In this document: positions 58,307 to 64,000 of the stretch, one piece after another | Layout of the letters: the number at the start of each line of letters is the position of its first letter | Numbering within the stretch: position 1 is the first letter of the stretch | Assembly: GCA_035389045.1 (NCBI GenBank) | Contig: DAOORA010000008.1 | Coordinates: forward strand, 1-64,000 | Direction: 5' to 3' | From: Bacteroidales bacterium | GTDB lineage: Bacteria; Bacteroidota; Bacteroidia; Bacteroidales; CAIWKO01 | DNA: 64,000 bases | Translations under genes and position numbers: made by a program | Notes under the pieces: generated by a model | Seen by the model: only the letters and a program-made list of their open reading frames with translations | Database searches by the model: none | What the model was told of the DNA's origin: nothing

Positions 58307-59815
58307 ATGAGCAAAAACAATTTCACAGAATTAAACCCCAATCCTTTGGTTGGATTTCTCGACAAACCTTCAAAAGATTTCACCAAAACCGATTTGATAA
58401 GGTTTATCAAAGAAAAAGGGATTAAAATGGTTAACTTCAGGTATGTGGGTGGTGACAACCGCCTGAAAACAATGAATATCTTCATTAACAACCTCAAACA
58501 CCTCGACACCGTCTTATCCACCGGTGAGCGGGTGGACGGTTCCAGCCTGTTCTCATATATTGAAGCCGGTTCAAGCGATCTGTATGTGATACCCCGGTTC
58601 CGCTCGGCTTTTGTCGATCCTTTCGGCAGTATCCCCACACTTAACATATTATGCTCCTACTTCAATAAAGACGGCGAACCCCTGACTTCCTCCCCGGAAT
58701 ATATTCTGCACAAAGCACACAATGTGCTCAAAGAAAAAACCGGTCTTACCTTCGAGACCATGGGAGAACTGGAATATTATCTGATCAGCGAAAAAGATGA
58801 TCTTTTCAGGGCCAGCGACCAAAGAGGTTATCATGAATCTTCTCCTTACAACAAATTTGAAGATTTTCGCACCGAAGCGCTACAGGAAATTGTACGATGC
58901 GGAGGCCTTGTAAAATATGCCCATTCTGAGGTGGGGAATTTCTCTATCGACAATTTAGATTACGAACAGGATGAAATAGAATTTCTGCCTGTAGATGTTG
59001 AAGATGCTGCAGATCAATTAGTTATTGCCAAATGGATACTCAGAAACCTGGCTTACAAATATGGTGTTAATATCACTTTTGCACCTAAAATTACTGTGGG
59101 AAAAGCCGGAAGCGGCATGCACATACATACCCGCCTGATGAAAGACGGGCGCAATATGATGGTGGACAATCATGGCATTAGCGAGACCGCCAGAAAGACT
59201 ATTGCCGGATATTTGTCTTTAGCGCCTTCACTCACGGCATTTGGGAATACTAATCCCACATCTTATTTCCGCCTTGTTCCGCACCAGGAAGCCCCGACCA
59301 ATATCTGCTGGGGAGACAGAAACCGTTCTGTTCTAGTTAGGGTGCCCTTAGGATGGTGCGGGGCCAACGATATGATTAAAAAGGCAAATCCGCTGGAAGA
59401 CGTGCCAACCGATGATTTTACGGATAAACAAACCGTTGAGTTCCGCTGCCCCGATGGCTCTGCCGATATCTATCTGTTGCTCGCCGGTCTTACCGTTGCC
59501 GCACGTCACGGATTAGAAATGGAAAATGCCCTGCAGTATGCAAAAGACACTTACGTAGATGTAAATATTTTTTCCAACGAATTCAAAGAAAAATTACATC
59601 AACTTGACACTTTGCCGTTTTCATGCTGGGCCTCTGCAGAAATGCTCGAAAAACAGGCAGAGATTTATAAAAAATATGGTGTTTTTTCTAAAAACATTAT
59701 TGATGGTGTTGTCCATAATCTGAAAAAATTTGACGACCGGGAGTTACGTACAAAACTCAAGGATAATAAAGAAGAAATGCTCTCCCTGGTTGAAAAATAT
59801 TTTCATTGTGGCTGA
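58307..59815 (+). CDS. glnA: Glutamine synthetase family protein
   Basis: DGSS, GELEYY, HSEVG, FAPK..GKAGSGMHIH, SYFRLVPHQEAP, NRS..VRVP, EFRCPD. Confidence 0.88.
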   Translation: MSKNNFTELNPNPLVGFLDKPSKDFTKTDLIRFIKEKGIKMVNFRYVGGDNRLKTMNIFINNLKHLDTVLSTGERVDGSSLFSYIEAGSSDLYVIPRFRSAFVDPFGSIPTLNILCSYFNKDGEPLTSSPEYILHKAHNVLKEKTGLTFETMGELEYYLISEKDDLFRASDQRGYHESSPYNKFEDFRTEALQEIVRCGGLVKYAHSEVGNFSIDNLDYEQDEIEFLPVDVEDAADQLVIAKWILRNLAYKYGVNITFAPKITVGKAGSGMHIHTRLMKDGRNMMVDNHGISETARKTIAGYLSLAPSLTAFGNTNPTSYFRLVPHQEAPTNICWGDRNRSVLVRVPLGWCGANDMIKKANPLEDVPTDDFTDKQTVEFRCPDGSADIYLLLAGLTVAARHGLEMENALQYAKDTYVDVNIFSNEFKEKLHQLDTLPFSCWASAEMLEKQAEIYKKYGVFSKNIIDGVVHNLKKFDDRELRTKLKDNKEEMLSLVEKYFHCG

Positions 59816-59901
59816 TAATCTGCCCCAGAACAAACGACAGGTGTTGTCTGCCGCTGAAATTATTATAAATAACTTTGTGGCCTGATAGTTTTATTTAATG
59901 C

Positions 59902-61143
59902 ATGGATAACAGACCGGATGTGCTTTATGTCACGTATGACGGACTAACCGATCCGTTGGGGCAATCACAGATAATTCCTTATCTTGCCGGATTAAGCAAA
60001 TATGGATATAATATACATATATTAAGCTGCGAGAAAAAAAAACGGTTTGCTGAACAAAAGACGAATATTGAAAAGGTGTTACGCAAATCCGGCATCGTCT
60101 GGCATCCTGTTTCCTATACCCGTAAACCGCCGGTGTTATCTACTCTTTATGACATCATGCACTTAAAATTACGTGCCCGGAAATTAAACAAAGAGCATCA
60201 GTTTTCAATGGTGCATTGCCGGAGTTACATTGCTGCTTTTGTCGGATTATACCTTAAGCGTAAGGCCGGTGCGAAGTTCATTTTTGATATGCGCGGATTC
60301 TGGGCTGATGAACGGGTGGATGGTAAGCTCTGGGATCTTAAAAGCCCCTTATACAGAGCCATATATAAGTATTTTAAAAAAAAGGAACGTTGTTTTCTGT
60401 GCAGCTCGGATGTAGTAGTATCCCTCACGGAAAATGCAAAAACAGAAATCGGTACTAATTTTAACCTGAAGGAAAAAACATCTCAGATCGAGGTCATTCC
60501 CTGCTGTGCAGATACCGGCTTTTTTTCACGGGAGAAAATTGATGAAAACGAAAGAAATATCCTTTCGCAGCAACTCGGAATAAGCCCCGGTGATTTTGTT
60601 GTGTCCTATTCAGGTTCCATCGGAACATGGTATATGCAGGATGAAATGCTTGATTTTTTCAAACGGCTGCATACCGTATATACAAATGCCAGACTGTTTT
60701 TTATTACGCACGATGAACCGGAAAAAATAATTAAGGCAGCTTCTCAAAAAAAAATAGATGTAAAAAAAATCATAGTTGCTAAAGCCAGCAGGGAGCAAAT
60801 GCCCGTAATGCTTTCACTGAGTTCGATGGCACTGTTTTTTATAAAACCTGTTTATTCCAAAAAAGCATCTTCCCCGACCAAAATGGGCGAGCTTATGAGT
60901 ATGGGCATACCTTTTGTTACCAATGCCGGCATCGGTGATGTTGATGATTTTGTCAAAAAAACCGGAACCGCTTTGTTGGTAAATGATTTTACAGACACGT
61001 GTTATGATGAAGTAATCCGAAATATTCCGAAACTTCTCATGCTGGATCCCGGATATATCAGGATTTGCGCTATGGCCGATTATTCGCTGGATCACGGCAT
61101 CAGTGTATATCATAAAATATATGACAGACTTTTACATAAATAA
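59902..61143 (+). CDS. GT4-family glycosyltransferase
   Basis: YDGLTDPLGQSQ, VHCRSY, FIFDMRGFW, SSPTKMGELMSMGIP. Confidence 0.85.
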   Translation: MDNRPDVLYVTYDGLTDPLGQSQIIPYLAGLSKYGYNIHILSCEKKKRFAEQKTNIEKVLRKSGIVWHPVSYTRKPPVLSTLYDIMHLKLRARKLNKEHQFSMVHCRSYIAAFVGLYLKRKAGAKFIFDMRGFWADERVDGKLWDLKSPLYRAIYKYFKKKERCFLCSSDVVVSLTENAKTEIGTNFNLKEKTSQIEVIPCCADTGFFSREKIDENERNILSQQLGISPGDFVVSYSGSIGTWYMQDEMLDFFKRLHTVYTNARLFFITHDEPEKIIKAASQKKIDVKKIIVAKASREQMPVMLSLSSMALFFIKPVYSKKASSPTKMGELMSMGIPFVTNAGIGDVDDFVKKTGTALLVNDFTDTCYDEVIRNIPKLLMLDPGYIRICAMADYSLDHGISVYHKIYDRLLHK

Positions 61144-61152
61144 CAACAGGCC

Positions 61153-63591
61153 GTGATCTATTCGGAAAATTACGAAAGAAAAATTGGTTTTGACAAAATC
61201 AGGCAGCTGGTAGCCGGATATTGTCTGAGCGATATGGGGCGTGAGCACGCCGGCCAAGCATCTTTTTCAAGTGTTTTCGGGGAAATTGGTGAAAAACTGA
61301 ATCTTACCGGCGAGTTAAAGACAATACTGACCACCGACGAAGCATTTCCTTCGGATGATTATTATAATCTCACCCCGGAGCTAAGGCGGCTTAATACCCC
61401 GGGGACTTTTATTGAGGTTAACAGATTGATTGATCTGCGGATTTCTTATGCTGCCATTCAGAACATACTTGAATATTTATGGCAGCGGGATGAGAAATAT
61501 CCCAATCTGTACCTTTTATCATCGGGAGTAGTAATACATGATGAAATTATTCACAGAATTGACCACATACTGGATGAAAAAGGGAGGATACGCGATGATG
61601 CTTCACCGGAATTGAAACTAATCCGTTTAAATCTTATTGCAGTTCAGCAGCAGATTGAGAAACGGACACGGCAAATACTTCTTGGGTTGAAAAAAGAAAA
61701 TGTTATTCAGCCGGAAACCGAAATGACGGTGCGTAACGGTCGCTGTGTGGTGCCGGTAAACGCTTCCAGCAAGCGAAAAATCAAAGGATTTATTCATGAT
61801 GAATCGGCTACCGGACAAACGGTCTTTATTGAGCCGGCAGAGATTTTTGAGATGAACAACAGCCTTCGGGAACTTGAAAATGCTGAAAAAAAAGAAATAA
61901 TAAAGATACTAACCGTTTTTACTGATTTTATCAGGCCGTTTTATAATGATCTGGTTCATGGATACGATTTTCTCGGACAAATTGATTTTATCAGGGCAAA
62001 AGCGCTTTTTGCCATCGGAACAAATGCGGTCAGGCCTCTTTTATCGTCAAATCCGGGTATTAATTGGTATAAAGCTGTAAATCCTCTATTATTTTTACAC
62101 CTGAAAGAAAAGGGCAAAAAGGTCATACCTTATGATATTTTATTGAATGAGACACAAAGAATACTCGTCATTTCAGGCCCTAACGCCGGTGGTAAATCGG
62201 TGTGTCTGAAGACCATCGGTTTACTGCAATATATGTTGCAATGCGGTTTTTTGATTCCGGTAAGGGAAGAGTCTGAAGCCGGCATATTTTCAGATATTTT
62301 TATTGAGATCGGAGACGAACAATCCATTGAAAACGACCTGAGTACCTATAGTTCACATCTGCTGAACCTGAAATTTTTTATCGAACAGGTGAGCCCCACC
62401 ACCATTTTTTTAATTGATGAGTTCGGAAGCGGCACCGAGCCTATACTGGGAGGAGCCATAGCTGAAGCCACCCTTGATGAACTGAACAGAAAACAATCTT
62501 TTGGTGCGGTTACCACTCATTATTCCAATATCAAGGAATATGCTGCAAGAACCGACGGTATTATTAATGCTTCCATGCTGTTCGATACCCGCAAAATGCT
62601 GCCCTTGTTCAGACTTTCCACCGGGAATCCGGGAAGCTCCTATGCCCTTGAAATTGCCGACAATATAGGTTTTCCCAGAGAAGTTACCGAAAAGGCCACC
62701 AATATTGCAGGAACGGAACGTATTTCTTTCGAAAAACAAGTGAAGATCTTTGAAGCCGACAAAGAAGAGTTGGCACGGCAACAGGAAAAAGTAAAAATGG
62801 CCGATGATTTTTTTTCGGAACTCATTGACAAGTATCAAAACCTGTTGTCTGAACTGGAATCTAAAAAGAAGTCCATATTACAGGAAGCGCGCGAACAAGC
62901 GGTTCTGCTGATACAAAATGCCAATAAATCTATTGAAAATACCATCAGGCAAATCAAAGAAGCCGGAGCGGACAAAGAAAAAACCAGGCATATACGTGAC
63001 GAACTGGAAACGCTTAAAGAAGAAATAAATGCGGGTGCAGAAAACGGAAACAAAACTGAAAAAAAATGCTCACTCCCTAAAACGATTGCCGCCGGCCTTA
63101 AAACAGAGAAAGACAAAACACCGCCACAGCAAGGCAGTTTTGTTAAAATTAAAGGACAGCAGGTCATTGGTGAAATCATTGAACTCCATAACGATCTGGC
63201 ACTGGTTGTATTCGATAATACCCGTATGAAAATTCCGGTTTCCAGGCTGGAAGTGGCCGACAGCGCCGAGTATCAGACCGCTCTGAAACGCAAAACAAAA
63301 AGTAATTATCCTGACATAAATAAGTATCTTGACGAAAAAATCACTGAATTTAAAACGACCCTGGATGTCCGTGGAAAAAGAGCCGCAGAGATAAGTGAAA
63401 TAGTTGAACGGTATATTGATGATGCGCTGCTGTTAAAAGTTTATAATGTCAGGATTTTGCATGGAAAGGGTTATGGCGTGCTGCGAAAGATTATTCATGA
63501 ACTTCTTGCCCGGCACAAAAATGTGGTGTCTTATGAAAATGAACATATCGAACATGGCGGCGATGGCATCACGGTGGTGAGGCTGAAATAA
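61153..63591 (+). CDS. mutS2: Endonuclease MutS2 with Smr domain
   Basis: HDESATGQT, GPNAGGKS Walker A, DEFGSGTEP, LDVRG, ILHGKG, GGDGITV. Confidence 0.95.
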   Translation: MIYSENYERKIGFDKIRQLVAGYCLSDMGREHAGQASFSSVFGEIGEKLNLTGELKTILTTDEAFPSDDYYNLTPELRRLNTPGTFIEVNRLIDLRISYAAIQNILEYLWQRDEKYPNLYLLSSGVVIHDEIIHRIDHILDEKGRIRDDASPELKLIRLNLIAVQQQIEKRTRQILLGLKKENVIQPETEMTVRNGRCVVPVNASSKRKIKGFIHDESATGQTVFIEPAEIFEMNNSLRELENAEKKEIIKILTVFTDFIRPFYNDLVHGYDFLGQIDFIRAKALFAIGTNAVRPLLSSNPGINWYKAVNPLLFLHLKEKGKKVIPYDILLNETQRILVISGPNAGGKSVCLKTIGLLQYMLQCGFLIPVREESEAGIFSDIFIEIGDEQSIENDLSTYSSHLLNLKFFIEQVSPTTIFLIDEFGSGTEPILGGAIAEATLDELNRKQSFGAVTTHYSNIKEYAARTDGIINASMLFDTRKMLPLFRLSTGNPGSSYALEIADNIGFPREVTEKATNIAGTERISFEKQVKIFEADKEELARQQEKVKMADDFFSELIDKYQNLLSELESKKKSILQEAREQAVLLIQNANKSIENTIRQIKEAGADKEKTRHIRDELETLKEEINAGAENGNKTEKKCSLPKTIAAGLKTEKDKTPPQQGSFVKIKGQQVIGEIIELHNDLALVVFDNTRMKIPVSRLEVADSAEYQTALKRKTKSNYPDINKYLDEKITEFKTTLDVRGKRAAEISEIVERYIDDALLLKVYNVRILHGKGYGVLRKIIHELLARHKNVVSYENEHIEHGGDGITVVRLK

Positions 63592-63629
63592 ATTGGATTG
63601 ATTATTGATAACAAACAGAAAACTTTTTT

Positions 63630-64000
63630 ATGAAACATTTGTCTTATATTCTTCTGGTATTGATATTATTTGCAGTTCCTGCAAATATTTCCGGCCATAA
63701 ACATATTGTCACACAAAATGTGTCTAACGGTGTTTATATCCTTACGGATGAGAATTTTGATAAAACTATTAAAAACGGTGTCGTTTTGGTTGATTTTTGG
63801 GCAACGTGGTGCGGGCCATGCCGGATACTTGCTCCGATCATCGAAGAAATTGCTTCGGAAATTGGAAAGAAGGCTATAATTGCGAAAATGGATGTGGACA
63901 AGAACAAAATCACCTCTTACAAATACAACATACAATACCTCCCAACAATCATCATTTTCAGCAATGGCAAACCTGTGAGCCGTTTTGTGGGCCTTCAGAA
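63630..64000 (+). CDS. Thioredoxin with N-terminal signal/anchor (runs off the window end)
   Basis: Hand translation MKHLSYILLVLILFAVPA...LVDFWATWCGPCRILAP...IQYLPT; absent from the ORF track because it has no stop in the window. Confidence 0.9.
   Translation, partial: MKHLSYILLVLILFAVPANISGHKHIVTQNVSNGVYILTDENFDKTIKNGVVLVDFWATWCGPCRILAPIIEEIASEIGKKAIIAKMDVDKNKITSYKYNIQYLPTIIIFSNGKPVSRFVGLQ

Overview
Core-chromosome region of a Bacteroidota (probably Bacteroidales) genome, judged from TAnnTTTG promoter boxes, a T9SS C-terminal domain and Bacteroidota-type gene order. It is a scaffold with one 100-N gap. Housekeeping genes: pfkB-family kinase, gapN, tRNA-Asn, mutY, HU-bS22-rne/rng, trpS-nadD-queA, DUF47/PiT/MgtC-like cluster, two FKBPs, rplM-rpsI-rpsB-tsf-pyrH-frr, rfbA plus an epimerase, tRNA-Lys, glnA, a GT4 glycosyltransferase, mutS2 and a partial thioredoxin. 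Accessory content: an Lcl/DUF1566 lipoprotein, a C59 Ntn-hydrolase with a perfect Shine-Dalgarno, a signal-less C25 (gingipain-like) protease with a Cys/His metal-binding tail, a dead IS5, a TPR adenylate/guanylate cyclase split only by the gap, a 3167-aa secreted protein with two phosphatase-type domains and six tandem repeats, and an alpha-2-macroglobulin. The most unusual non-coding signal is a set of small non-autonomous elements. Three different TIR/TSD-bounded MITE shells carry structured hairpin cargo, and two of them contain a 27-30 nt CCYGCCTG...GGCAGG hairpin that appears to have been inserted. I saw no CRISPR array, rRNA, integrase or reverse transcriptase. All family calls come from motif recognition by eye, not database searches.
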